A model generated the notes under the pieces. The model was not told the DNA's origin. It saw only the letters and a list, made by a program, of their open reading frames with translations, and did not search any database. The position numbers and the translations under genes are program-made. From IMG/VR virus record IMGVR_UViG_3300025133_000027, positions 96,001-160,000 of that record: a DNA stretch of 64,000 bases; one strand, 5' to 3'. Source of the stretch: a virus. Shown in pieces: positions 29,084 through 39,492 of the stretch. How positions within the stretch are numbered: the stretch's first letter is position 1; every line of letters starts with the position of its first letter.

Positions 29084-32053
29084 ATGGCAGAATCAGCAAA
29101 GAATTTTCATTTCAGATCCCCTGGGATTAAGACACAAGAAATCGACCAATCGGAGATCCCAAACGCTGCGGAAGCACTTGGACCCGTAATTATTGGACGT
29201 GCAAAACGCGGACCAGCGTTTAAACCTGTTAAAGTCAACTCCTTTGATGAGTTTGTTAAGATCTTTGGCGAGCCTGTTGCTGGTGGAACTTCAAATGATG
29301 TTTGGAGAGACGGCAATCTTACCTCCCCAATGTATGGAGTCTATGGCGCACAGTCTTGGTTAAAGAATGGTGAAGCTCTTACCTATGTTAGAGTTCTTGG
29401 TGATGCAAGTCCACAAGCAACTTCAGCCGGAAAGGCTGGTTGGACTGCTGGAGCTATTGGGACAGCGAAAGAGGCTGGTGGAGCTTACGGACTGTTTGTA
29501 TTCCCATCTTCAAGTGCTGGCAACGTAGCTACTGCTCATTTGACAGGTGCTCTTGCTGCTGTCTTTTACATGGCCACAGGCTCAGGTGCTCCACAACTAT
29601 CTGGTAACATCTATGCTGCACCAGGGCCAGTCGGTGCTACAACAGCAAGCAACTCTATCCTAATCGAAAGTAATAATTCAGGAGATTTTGTAATTCAATT
29701 TACAGGCTCTAACTTACCATCAAGTAAGACAACTTTTTCGATGACAAAGACGAAAGGCAACTTCATCAGAAAGGTATTTAATACCAACCCAACTCTTCTT
29801 GGAAGAAACAGTGAAACAGATGGTCAAGTTAACTATTTCCTAGGTGAAACCTACGAAGATACTTACAAGAGCGCAGTTTCAACAGGCTCTTATTTTACTG
29901 GTAGCGGTACTATCAGTTCTACTAAGTATGTCGGTGTTATCTTAGGCCTAATGAGTGGAAGTTCGGTAGCAAACCACTCTATTAATCAAAACAGAGCACT
30001 ACAAAGCTCAACTCTTCCAAAATCAGGTTGGTTCTTTACTCAGCATTTGTCACAAGATACTGGTAGTTTTGATCCATCTAGCACAACTTTCTTTACAGAT
30101 GGTACTGTAAAGAAGTTATTCAGATTCGTAGGTTTAGATACTGGCGAAGATCTTCAGAATAACTTCAAAGTATCTATCGCTAACATTAAGCCATCATCTA
30201 ATGAAGATGTAGAGCCTTATGGAACTTTCGATGTTGAAGTTCGTAGAATTCACGACACTGATGAAAATATTTCCATGGTTGAAAGATACGTTGGGTGCAC
30301 TCTGGACGTAAGCGCAGAATCTTACATTCTTAATGTAATCGGTGATAAGTACACAGAATACGACGATACAAAAGCTCGACTTATCGAGAAAGGCTCCTAC
30401 CCAAATAAGTCTAAATACATTAGAGTTGAAATCAACTCAGAGTTTGAGAGTGGTTTCGAGCCATCATATGTTCCTTTCGGAATTACAGGTCCTACAAAGT
30501 ATAAAAACATTGACATCGATTCCGATAGTGCATTACGCGATGCAACTACTGCTTGGGTTACTGGTGGAACTAGCGCAGTATATGGAGCTTCGGCAGATGC
30601 AATAGTCACAGGCTCGGGTGCTGACATTCCTAACTTAAAGATTATGTTCCCAGAAGTTCCTGTTAGAACATCAACCTCGACACTTACTAATATTAGACAA
30701 GGATATTGGGGTGCATACTTAACTCCTGATGGAACAGACGCTTTTAACAATTCAGTAAAAGACCACATTAGGTGCAAGCCAACTAATGTTGCTAACCATG
30801 ATGAAGATACTTCAACAGTTTATCAATGGGTTATCTCACTTGACAACGTTAAGTATGATACAGCACCTGCTGCTAGTGCAAAAGGAGTTGGGACACTTGT
30901 TTACAGCAACTCTGCTAGGTATGATGGTTATTCGCTAACAGCAACAGCATCATTGCCAACTAACTACCCTGATAGTAGCGATGCCCTGCTTTCTTACAAA
31001 GCACCACTCGCTCTTGGAGTTGGTAATCTTACTTCAGTATTCTATGGTGGAACTAACGGCTTTGATATTACAGAGTCCGACCCTCTGAGAAATTCAAAGA
31101 TTGCAACATCACCAACTTTAACAACAGATCCAGTTTATTACTCTTACAGAAGAGCGATTGACACGGTAAAGCATCCAGAAATTGCAGAGTATCACTTGAT
31201 TGCAATCCCTGGAATGAATAACGAGAGTCTAAACAAAACTTTGGTAAACAACTCTGCTGAGAGATCTGATGCTCTTGCTGTCATCGACATTGAAGAGAGT
31301 TACTTGCCTCCTCATGAGAGACTTTATGATTCTAGTGATAGAAATGCTGCTCAAATGGGTGATATTCAAACAGCTCTTGAAACATTTAAGAGTTGGAAGA
31401 TGAACTCAAGTTATGGCGCTGCTTATTACCCATGGGTTCAGATTAGAGACTCAATTAGTGAGAAATCTGTATGGGTCCCACCTTCTGTTGCTGCCCTAGG
31501 AGCTCTGGCTTACACTGACAAGGTTGGTGGTCAATGGCAAGCTCCTGCTGGTTTCAACCGAGCAGGCCTCTCAAGTGGCGAAGCTGGTCTTCCAGTAAGC
31601 AACGTAGCTCTTAAACTCTTTAGTTCTGATAGAGATGACCTATATGACATCAATATCAACCCAATCGCTTCATTCCCAAACCAGGGTGTTGTAATTTGGG
31701 GTCAAAAGACTTTGCAGGTTAAGAGAAGTGGACTTGATAGAGTTAACGTCAGAAGACTAATGTTGCACCTTAAGAGAGGAATCTCACTTATCGGTGACAC
31801 AGTTTTGTTTGAGCCAAACCTTGATGACACTTGGAAGAACTTCAAGAGACAAGCAGAGCCATTTTTGGCAGAAATTAAGGCGAAATTCGGCTTGGTAGAT
31901 TATAAGCTTGTTCTCGATGAAACAACAACAACACCTGATCTAGTCGATCAGAACATAATGTATGTTCAAATTTGGGTTAAACCAGCGAAATCAATTGAAT
32001 TTATTGCAGTTGACTTCTATTTAACTACATCAGGCGCTACATTTAATGGATAA
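29084..32053 (+). CDS. Tail sheath protein (gp18-like)
   Basis: FRSPGIKTQEID, GPAFKP, YYPWV, WQAPAGFNR, WGQKTLQ, RVNVRRL, FEPN and KSIEFI motifs. Confidence 0.95.
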   Translation: MAESAKNFHFRSPGIKTQEIDQSEIPNAAEALGPVIIGRAKRGPAFKPVKVNSFDEFVKIFGEPVAGGTSNDVWRDGNLTSPMYGVYGAQSWLKNGEALTYVRVLGDASPQATSAGKAGWTAGAIGTAKEAGGAYGLFVFPSSSAGNVATAHLTGALAAVFYMATGSGAPQLSGNIYAAPGPVGATTASNSILIESNNSGDFVIQFTGSNLPSSKTTFSMTKTKGNFIRKVFNTNPTLLGRNSETDGQVNYFLGETYEDTYKSAVSTGSYFTGSGTISSTKYVGVILGLMSGSSVANHSINQNRALQSSTLPKSGWFFTQHLSQDTGSFDPSSTTFFTDGTVKKLFRFVGLDTGEDLQNNFKVSIANIKPSSNEDVEPYGTFDVEVRRIHDTDENISMVERYVGCTLDVSAESYILNVIGDKYTEYDDTKARLIEKGSYPNKSKYIRVEINSEFESGFEPSYVPFGITGPTKYKNIDIDSDSALRDATTAWVTGGTSAVYGASADAIVTGSGADIPNLKIMFPEVPVRTSTSTLTNIRQGYWGAYLTPDGTDAFNNSVKDHIRCKPTNVANHDEDTSTVYQWVISLDNVKYDTAPAASAKGVGTLVYSNSARYDGYSLTATASLPTNYPDSSDALLSYKAPLALGVGNLTSVFYGGTNGFDITESDPLRNSKIATSPTLTTDPVYYSYRRAIDTVKHPEIAEYHLIAIPGMNNESLNKTLVNNSAERSDALAVIDIEESYLPPHERLYDSSDRNAAQMGDIQTALETFKSWKMNSSYGAAYYPWVQIRDSISEKSVWVPPSVAALGALAYTDKVGGQWQAPAGFNRAGLSSGEAGLPVSNVALKLFSSDRDDLYDININPIASFPNQGVVIWGQKTLQVKRSGLDRVNVRRLMLHLKRGISLIGDTVLFEPNLDDTWKNFKRQAEPFLAEIKAKFGLVDYKLVLDETTTTPDLVDQNIMYVQIWVKPAKSIEFIAVDFYLTTSGATFNG

Positions 32054-32065
32054 GGAGAATAGATA

Positions 32066-32587
32066 ATGGCAACACCAATTTGGTCCCCAACCGCAGAGCC
32101 GATAAGAAAATTTAAGTTCTTATTAAATATCGCTGGTATTCCAACGTATATGATTAAGACTTCCGACAGGCCACAGCAGACTATTGGGCAGCAAGAACAC
32201 AAGTTCTTAGCTCAGACTTATAAGTTCCCTGGACAAGTTACCTGGAATGACATTGGAGTTACAATGGTTGATCTTGTTGATGTTGAAGCTGCTAAGGTAT
32301 TATACAAAGCAGTCAAAGCATCTGGTTATGTTGCTCCAAGTGATTACGATATGAGTGATAGCTCAAGTTCAAACTATTACAGAAGAACTCCTTCAAAGAG
32401 AAACGCTGTAAACTCACTTGGTAATGTAACTATCGAGATGCTAGATTCAGACGGTAAGGTTGTTGAAGAATGGAAGCTTCATAATGTCTGGATTAAAGAC
32501 GTTAATAACGATGGAGTTGGATATGAAGATGAAGGCCTTATCAATTTAACACTGCAACTAGCTTATGATTGGGCTATTCTTACATAA
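32066..32587 (+). CDS. Tail tube protein (gp19-like)
   Basis: FPGQVTWNDI, EEWKLHNVW and LAYDWA motifs; follows the sheath. Confidence 0.88.
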   Translation: MATPIWSPTAEPIRKFKFLLNIAGIPTYMIKTSDRPQQTIGQQEHKFLAQTYKFPGQVTWNDIGVTMVDLVDVEAAKVLYKAVKASGYVAPSDYDMSDSSSSNYYRRTPSKRNAVNSLGNVTIEMLDSDGKVVEEWKLHNVWIKDVNNDGVGYEDEGLINLTLQLAYDWAILT

Positions 32588-32611
32588 ACTATTTTACAGG
32601 CTATTTAGAGT

Positions 32612-33214
32612 ATGGCATTTAAGTTAAATTTAGATTTACCCGGAGAGCTTGCTCGGTTTGCTTCTAATAAGCGGATCAAGCAGGCTCCTCTATTTCAAAA
32701 AGACATGTTCTTTGATGCTCAACAGGCACATCGATTCTTTTTGAATATGCATGGTATTAAAGCAGCATACATTTCAAATGTTGAAAGACCTTCCTATTCA
32801 ATAGGAACAGAACAATATGTCTACCTAAACCATAAATTAAATTACCCAGGCCTAATTGAGTGGAGCCCTATTTCACTTACAATTAGAGAAATCTATACAC
32901 CAGAAGCTTTTGGCTCTGTTTTGAGTAATCTAATGGCTAAATTAACTCATATTTCTTATGAGACACCAACAGATCTTAGTCCAGATTTTGCAAAAAATAT
33001 CTCAAAACAGAATTTAACTCTTGCTATGGAAAATACTATAATAGAATCTCTTGATCATAATGGAGTAACCCATGAAGCCTGGAAGCTTCACGGTGCCATG
33101 ATAACATCTCTGAAGCCTTCACGACTATCCTATGAAGAGGACTCTCTTACGGGCATTGATGTTACGATTGCTTATGATTGGGCCGACTATGCCTTCAAGG
33201 GCGTCTTTTTATAG
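32612..33214 (+). CDS. Second tail-tube-like paralogue
   Basis: YPGLIEWSPI, EAWKLHGA and IAYDWA align with the preceding tube gene. The start could instead be the ATG at 32706. Confidence 0.8.
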   Translation: MAFKLNLDLPGELARFASNKRIKQAPLFQKDMFFDAQQAHRFFLNMHGIKAAYISNVERPSYSIGTEQYVYLNHKLNYPGLIEWSPISLTIREIYTPEAFGSVLSNLMAKLTHISYETPTDLSPDFAKNISKQNLTLAMENTIIESLDHNGVTHEAWKLHGAMITSLKPSRLSYEEDSLTGIDVTIAYDWADYAFKGVFL

Positions 33215-33222
33215 AGGATTAA

Positions 33223-34041
33223 ATGAGAGATAACGAGAACAGGCTTCAAGCCAACCAAAGTATGCCAACTCCGAGCATGCCTACATATACAGTACCAACA
33301 GATTTCGCAAAACTACCATCAGAGGGCAGGTTTTACCCACAAGAACACCCTTTGTATGGAAAAAAAGATGTTGAAATCAAGTTCATGACCACAAAAGAAG
33401 AAGATATTATTTCGAATGAGTCATATATTAAAAAAGGCATCACAGTTGAAAGATTATTGGGTAGTTTGCTGGTTGATAAGCGTATTGACCCAAAAACACT
33501 GCTCGCCGGGGATCAGAATGCAATTCTTGTTAATGCTAGAAAGAATGCTTACGGTCCAAACTATGAACTAAACGTATCTTGCGAAGTATGTGAGACCAAA
33601 AATGATATTGTTATAGATCTTAACAGTGATGACTTCGTAATCAAGTCAGATCCAGAGCTTGCAGTTACTAATTCGGGAACTTTCTTTGTAGAATTACCAG
33701 TAAGTAAATTAAAACTTGAACTAAGACTGCTGACAGGTGAAGATGAAGCCGAAATCGAGAAATCTTTGAAACAAAAGGCTGACGCTGGATTAGAACTAGA
33801 ACCCTTATCCGCTCGACTGATGAAAATGATTGTATCAATTAACGGAAATGCATCCTTCCCGGTAAAAGCAGGTCTGGTCTCGCAAGGCTTGCTTTTGAGA
33901 GACTCAGATGCGGTAAAGGATGCACATTTTAAAGCGAATCCCGCTTATCGAGTAAGTATGGATGTTCCTTGTAAAATGTGTGGAACGCATATTAAGGGGG
34001 TTGTGCCCTTAACGGCTAACTTTTTTTGGCCTAACGGATAA
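33223..34041 (+). CDS. Baseplate hub assembly/tail chaperone (T4 gp26-like)
   Basis: LPSEGRFYP, MTTKEED, CEVC and CKMC pairs, C-terminal NFFWP; upstream of the tape measure. Confidence 0.75.
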   Translation: MRDNENRLQANQSMPTPSMPTYTVPTDFAKLPSEGRFYPQEHPLYGKKDVEIKFMTTKEEDIISNESYIKKGITVERLLGSLLVDKRIDPKTLLAGDQNAILVNARKNAYGPNYELNVSCEVCETKNDIVIDLNSDDFVIKSDPELAVTNSGTFFVELPVSKLKLELRLLTGEDEAEIEKSLKQKADAGLELEPLSARLMKMIVSINGNASFPVKAGLVSQGLLLRDSDAVKDAHFKANPAYRVSMDVPCKMCGTHIKGVVPLTANFFWPNG

Positions 34042-34174
34042 ATACGTTACAGAAATCTATGATGCTATTTTCGAGTTCACAATAAGAACTTCGTGGACAT
34101 TCTTTCAATTGTATTCAATACCTATTAAGCTAAGGGATTATTATATCAATAAGCTTTATAATGAAAAGAAATAA
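34021..34174 (+). other. Putative programmed +1/-2 frameshift site (T7 run) and 48-codon extension
   Basis: AAC TTT TTT TGG. The shifted frame reads GLTDKYVTEIYDAIFEFTIRTSWTFFQLYSIPIKLRDYYINKLYNEKK* and has no start codon after the in-frame TAA at 34010-34012. Confidence 0.7.
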
Positions 34175-34177
34175 GAT

Positions 34178-34187
34178 ACTAGTTATA
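34178..34187 (+). promoter_or_regulatory. Putative late promoter ACTAGTTATA
   Basis: Motif variant upstream of the GAGG SD of the tape measure gene. Confidence 0.6.
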
Positions 34188-34201
34188 GATGAGGTATTCT
34201 A

Positions 34202-35830
34202 ATGTCAACAAAAGAAAATCAAGTTGCAGCATTCTGGAAAGCAGTTAGAAATGATAACACAAAAGCGGCAAGACGTGTTCTTGATGCGATGCCGAGCGGA
34301 ACTGAAACAAACAAACTCAGGAAATATCTATCAAGTATAAAAGCAAGTGGCAACAAGAGTTTTAAACAGAATGTAAAAGATGAATTTAACCTCAATGGAT
34401 TTTCATCTTTCGGTGAAACTATTCGCACCTTGACACAGAAATCATATAATCTTTCAAAAGTAGTAGAAACAAATCGCATTGAGTTGCAGAAATCCTTCGG
34501 GAAAAACTCAGCATTTACCAGAGAGTTTATTGTAAATCTTGAGAAGAAAGGTAGAAATCTTGCGGACCTGGGATCCTCTTTCGATGAGCTTACCGAAGTT
34601 TCCACTGCTTTCGCAGAAGGCTATGTTAAAACTGCGACAAAGCCTATGTCCAAGACTATAGATCATTATAGTGAATTTGCGATGGTCAATAAAAGATTTG
34701 GTTTTGGTGTTAAAGAGACTGTAGAGTTTGTGAACAAGCTGACTACTGGGGCAAATTTAGCAGGAAACAAGATTCGTGACCTAGGTTCAAGAATGTTTCA
34801 AGCTCATAGGGAGACTGGCGTTCCTTACGGAACCCTTATGCGGGATCTTACAAGCAACTTTTATGATTTATCTGATCAAGTTACTAAGGTTTCAACGAGT
34901 AGTGTTTCAAAAGAGTTTATGAAGTTCTCTGCTGTTGCCAGAAGGACTGGTGAAAGTGTCTCAACTCTTATTGGAATGACGAAACAATTTGATACTATTG
35001 GCACTGGTATGGCTGCCGGTGGTAAAATGAACAGGTTGCTACAACACTTTGGAAGCTCATTTGACACAGCCAAAGCCATGTTGATGAACCGCTCAGATCG
35101 TATGAAATATATTATCTCAAGAGTAGCTAAAGCCGGTGATCGATTTAGACAAGGCTCAGAGCACCAAAGAAGAGCTATGATGGTAGCTTTTAGAGATACT
35201 GGCTTACCAGAAGGCCTTATCAGACAAGCCCTCGCTGTAAAAAGTGCATCAGGAATTCAAGCCCTGATGGAAAGGACTATGAAAACTAGTGGCGGTAACA
35301 GTGCCAAAGGTGCTATGAGAGATCGAGCAGGTGAAATGACATCAAGGGCTCAAAGAGAGAGGGCTAGATATGATGGTCTGTTAAAAGCAGCAGTTTCTCT
35401 TGAGAGAATCACTTCGAAAGTTGAAAGAGGAATCACTCTTACTTTCAGGAAAGTGATCCCAACCTTACTCGGTAAGTTATTCGATAACAAAATTGGAAAA
35501 AGTTTAGGAAATATTAGCTCAGGATTTGAAGAAAAAGTTAACGAAATACTTGAAAAAGGCCTCCGAGCAAAATTAGGAGGCCTTAACGGCCCGGTTACAA
35601 TTAATTGGGCAGAAGAATCAAGAGTTGGTGAGATCCAGGCGAATACACTTAAGATCAGAACCGTCGAAAACCAAGCTTCTCAAGAGCGCAGCCGAATAAA
35701 AGAAAGACGAGATGCCGAATCTCACTCACATCTTAGTTATTTACCTATAATAGCAAGGCACTTGGAAAGAATAGCATCTAGGAGCGGACAACCAGTTGCG
35801 CCTGTTAGGCCTAAAAGAATAGGAGAATAA
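34202..35830 (+). CDS. Tape measure protein (putative)
   Basis: Helical A/G/K/R-rich 542 aa ORF between chaperone and baseplate genes. Confidence 0.65.
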   Translation: MSTKENQVAAFWKAVRNDNTKAARRVLDAMPSGTETNKLRKYLSSIKASGNKSFKQNVKDEFNLNGFSSFGETIRTLTQKSYNLSKVVETNRIELQKSFGKNSAFTREFIVNLEKKGRNLADLGSSFDELTEVSTAFAEGYVKTATKPMSKTIDHYSEFAMVNKRFGFGVKETVEFVNKLTTGANLAGNKIRDLGSRMFQAHRETGVPYGTLMRDLTSNFYDLSDQVTKVSTSSVSKEFMKFSAVARRTGESVSTLIGMTKQFDTIGTGMAAGGKMNRLLQHFGSSFDTAKAMLMNRSDRMKYIISRVAKAGDRFRQGSEHQRRAMMVAFRDTGLPEGLIRQALAVKSASGIQALMERTMKTSGGNSAKGAMRDRAGEMTSRAQRERARYDGLLKAAVSLERITSKVERGITLTFRKVIPTLLGKLFDNKIGKSLGNISSGFEEKVNEILEKGLRAKLGGLNGPVTINWAEESRVGEIQANTLKIRTVENQASQERSRIKERRDAESHSHLSYLPIIARHLERIASRSGQPVAPVRPKRIGE

Positions 35831-35836
35831 CAAATA

Positions 35837-36604
35837 ATGTCAAGTTTCGAACTATCAGGTCATATACAAAAAGCAATAGCAGCAGCTAATGCAAGCCCAA
35901 CAGAAGCATCTTTAAGAACTAAGTATCCATTTGCAAATGTTATTATACAATTTGCTACAAGAAAAGAGGCTGCTCCTGTTATACTGCCAGCTTATGTTAA
36001 GACTGTGGATAATAGTTTTACTCCTGGTTTCTCAAACGTTGAGGTCTATGGACGTATGGATCCAATCCCAGTTTACTCAGGAACTACAAGAACTGTGACT
36101 CTAACACTTGGGTTGCCAGTTTTTAGTGAGACTCACGGTCTTTACCTGCTTGAACAAATGAATACTATAGCAAAAGGCCTTTATCCGACTTATGAAAACT
36201 CTCAAGGGAGTCTAATTATTAATAGCCCTCCTCTTTGGAGATTAAAGTTTGCAAACCTAATTTGCAACCCAGTAAACAATAAACTTGGCCTACTTGGATA
36301 TGTAAATGGTGGCCTTAATATGTCCCATGCTATTGAACAGAAAGGAGTTTTCGTTTCATCTGAGGATGGACAAGGTCTTTTGATTCCTAAATCTTGGGAA
36401 CTTAGTTTAAGTTACAATGTATTACACGAAAAAACTCCTGGGTTTGTAAAAGGAAAGTTTAAGGGTGGAGACAGTTTTCCACATAGCACAGGCTTTGAAG
36501 AAGTATTGGTCGACACAGTAACCGATGCGCTACCTGAAACTAGCGCAAAGAATACTGCAAGATTTTTAAACTCTCCAGAAAGCATGAAAATTTTGGAGAA
36601 TTAA
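35837..36604 (+). CDS. Baseplate tube-initiator-like protein
   Basis: VYGRMDPIPVYSGTTRTVTL and SPPLWRLKF tube-fold pattern; position after the tape measure. Confidence 0.6.
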   Translation: MSSFELSGHIQKAIAAANASPTEASLRTKYPFANVIIQFATRKEAAPVILPAYVKTVDNSFTPGFSNVEVYGRMDPIPVYSGTTRTVTLTLGLPVFSETHGLYLLEQMNTIAKGLYPTYENSQGSLIINSPPLWRLKFANLICNPVNNKLGLLGYVNGGLNMSHAIEQKGVFVSSEDGQGLLIPKSWELSLSYNVLHEKTPGFVKGKFKGGDSFPHSTGFEEVLVDTVTDALPETSAKNTARFLNSPESMKILEN

Positions 36605-36949
36605 ATGCCAACATCAAGATACGAAAAATCAGAAGACACTGTTATCACGGATTTAAGATACAAGCAGAAATTCAACTCAAGATGGATGCCTAATGGAATT
36701 TCTGTTTTAGAAAACCCAGAACTTCATTACCCAACTGATATTGAAAAACAAGATCTAACGATTGCCAGTATCAGGTGGAAACTTGGAGATCGTCTATATA
36801 AGTTAGCTCATACTTATTATGGAGACTCTTCATACTGGTGGATTATAGCTTTCTATAACAAAAAACCAACAGAACAATCAATCGAGATTGGCGATCTAAT
36901 TGAAGTCCCAACGTCCCTTACCGACATCCTCTCAATTTATGGTGTATAA
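36605..36949 (+). CDS. Baseplate protein with a LysM-like domain (gp53/tail X-like)
   Basis: GDRLYKLAHTYYGDSSYWWIIAFYN...GDLIEVP. Confidence 0.75.
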   Translation: MPTSRYEKSEDTVITDLRYKQKFNSRWMPNGISVLENPELHYPTDIEKQDLTIASIRWKLGDRLYKLAHTYYGDSSYWWIIAFYNKKPTEQSIEIGDLIEVPTSLTDILSIYGV

Positions 36950-39489
36950 TGAAACACGTTTATTTTCCGATAAATAACCTGAATTCTCAGGGATGGATTA
37001 CTGATTTTATCACAAGTAAGATTAGTAGAAGCCCAAGAGATCAGTTGGCTAACGCTTTCTATGGAAATGTAGATCATAAATCTAAGATCTTTAGTATACA
37101 TCCTAAATTTCATGACGAGATTCAGAGTAGGTGTCTAACTCCAAAGACTAGGAAGGACTCTGTCGAATATGCTAAATATCTAAAGTTTATGTCTAATATT
37201 AGACCAGAGCAAGTTGCGGCTTTATACCCAAAACTACAATTAAGTTATATCTACCAGAAAGATAAGAAATCACCAAAGGTTAAAATCCCATTCCCATTCA
37301 GACTTACAACTGATGTTGACTCCATACTAGAAAACGCATTTAGTCGTGGTGATGGTTCTGGTATTCAAAGTATGACAACCAAAAGAGAATTCAAATATCT
37401 TGGAGATGTTATGAATGTAGAGGTAGACTTGTCTTTCTACTTTCAAAGTATGTCTACTTTTACGAAAGAGATTGAGCACAAGAAGTTACCATCTGGTGTG
37501 AAGTTCAGCTTCATTAAATTAATTTCTGCTTTAAAACCTAACGAAAAAATTGAACTTGAATATGGTTGGGGCGCTAGTCATGGAGTTGAAAACGCTCTGA
37601 TCCCGACAGCAATGATTGAAGCAATTAATAAATATGAAACAAAGAAGTTTTTATTGCACTATATTAATCACGACCTATCTTTTGAGAAGGATGGTTCGAT
37701 TAGTCTAAGAGGAACCTACTATTGGAGTGGAGAAGCTGGGCTATATGCACAAGCAGAGCTTACCGATATTGATAAAAAGAAAATTGATGGTATGGATAAT
37801 ATTGAAGTCTCTAAGAAGCAAAAGAAGATATTGAAAAAGGCTGCTGCTTATAAATCTAGTATAAAAATAATAGAAGAGTATCTTAAAAACACAAAACCAA
37901 TAAAGAGAAATAATAACCCTGTCACTCTTACCGAGGATGATTTTTATGATGAACTTCTAGATGAGCTTGATGGGCCAAGAATATCCTCTGGTTTTCTAGA
38001 AAGACAAAATAGATTATCCAAATCAGATAAAAGCCTCAAGGCTCTTAAAAAAGTAAGACGAAAAAAAGACAGACTAAATAAGAAGTTAAACTCTCTTAAC
38101 CGAGAAATAAGACAAGGGTTGTCAGGATTTATTATTGACAACCTTATACTTGAGCATAAAATGTTTCATGTTAATTTTAAAACAAGCAAATCTAATGCTG
38201 TCGTAGACAATATCTATACAGCCGAGGCCGATATCAGCAAGATTATGTATGTTGATGGCAAGAAAGAAATTTTTAAGATAAAAACTATTCAAGATCAAGT
38301 CCGAGTTGAGAAGATCCAAAAAGCATACACTCTTATGTATGATAAGATTTTTAATATCAACTCGAAAGGGAAGTATTTTGGTGACGCCACCTTTTTCAGC
38401 TTTAGATCTTTAGCTGAAGTAGTGTATTCATTATTAAACAAGGAACAAGCCGCACCACTACCTCTTATGTGTCTTGGTAATGTTACTGCTAGAAGCTCAG
38501 ATGATTTGTATACTATCAATATTGGAGATGTTCTTATAGAAACAAAGACATTTCAGGATTGGTTTTACACAAATTTCATAAGAACTGATCTTGCTAATAT
38601 TTCATTTATTGATTTTATGAACGAGGCAATGGAAGACTTAATTCCTACTGTTTTAAATGAGAATTTAGTGCTCGATAATAGCCAGACAAGAATTGGTGTC
38701 ATCAAGAAGACGTTCTTAACATATGAAGGCAATGTCGGAGATCCTTTATTTGCTCAACTATATGAAAGAGCAGATAGGTTCGCTTTAGAACAATTTTTAG
38801 AAAAAACAAGTGATAGAGGGTTAAAAATAGGAACTCCTATGGTGATATTCCATGAGGTAAAGACAACTAGCACGTCTCTTAATTCTGGATATTTTAGCAA
38901 GATTATTGGAAACAAAACAGAAAGCTTTAACGAGATAAGAGATTCTAAACTAGGAATTCCTCATATTAAAATCGGAGCAGATGATGGCTTGTTGATAAAT
39001 GTTAGTTTTGCAGGTGTTGGTCAGCCAGGGATAAGAACATCATATTGGCTTGCTGCAAATAAAGACAGCACTGAGAGTATCATGACCGAGCATTACACAG
39101 CTACCTTGTCTCTTATCGGAAACAACATATTCTTTAAAGGAGGCTACTTTGCTATTCCATCAAACCCACTTGGGGGCAGAGGTGCTTTTGACCCTGGTAT
39201 TGTTGGATATTACTCTATGATCTCAGTAACTGATTCTATTGATTCAAACGGTAATTATACAACTCAAGTATCTGGTCCCTGGATGGATAATCCAGAAGCC
39301 AGGAAAAGAACTTCAGATAAAGCAAAGTTCAAGGAAAAAATCGACACTAATAAAATCGATGATCACACAAAACACTTTTCTTCCATTACATATATAAAAG
39401 ATTATCTAGATAGCAATATTGAATTAGGAGATAATGTTGGTTTAAATGATAATAAAGCAATTAAGAAGCTAAAAAAACTAGGGTTTTAA
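36949..39489 (+). CDS. Baseplate hub-like protein (gp27/late-control-D-like)
   Basis: LEYGWG and C-terminal ATLSLIGN...GYYSMISVTDSI..GNYTTQV hub pattern. Confidence 0.55.
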   Translation: MKHVYFPINNLNSQGWITDFITSKISRSPRDQLANAFYGNVDHKSKIFSIHPKFHDEIQSRCLTPKTRKDSVEYAKYLKFMSNIRPEQVAALYPKLQLSYIYQKDKKSPKVKIPFPFRLTTDVDSILENAFSRGDGSGIQSMTTKREFKYLGDVMNVEVDLSFYFQSMSTFTKEIEHKKLPSGVKFSFIKLISALKPNEKIELEYGWGASHGVENALIPTAMIEAINKYETKKFLLHYINHDLSFEKDGSISLRGTYYWSGEAGLYAQAELTDIDKKKIDGMDNIEVSKKQKKILKKAAAYKSSIKIIEEYLKNTKPIKRNNNPVTLTEDDFYDELLDELDGPRISSGFLERQNRLSKSDKSLKALKKVRRKKDRLNKKLNSLNREIRQGLSGFIIDNLILEHKMFHVNFKTSKSNAVVDNIYTAEADISKIMYVDGKKEIFKIKTIQDQVRVEKIQKAYTLMYDKIFNINSKGKYFGDATFFSFRSLAEVVYSLLNKEQAAPLPLMCLGNVTARSSDDLYTINIGDVLIETKTFQDWFYTNFIRTDLANISFIDFMNEAMEDLIPTVLNENLVLDNSQTRIGVIKKTFLTYEGNVGDPLFAQLYERADRFALEQFLEKTSDRGLKIGTPMVIFHEVKTTSTSLNSGYFSKIIGNKTESFNEIRDSKLGIPHIKIGADDGLLINVSFAGVGQPGIRTSYWLAANKDSTESIMTEHYTATLSLIGNNIFFKGGYFAIPSNPLGGRGAFDPGIVGYYSMISVTDSIDSNGNYTTQVSGPWMDNPEARKRTSDKAKFKEKIDTNKIDDHTKHFSSITYIKDYLDSNIELGDNVGLNDNKAIKKLKKLGF

Positions 39490-39492
39490 ACA

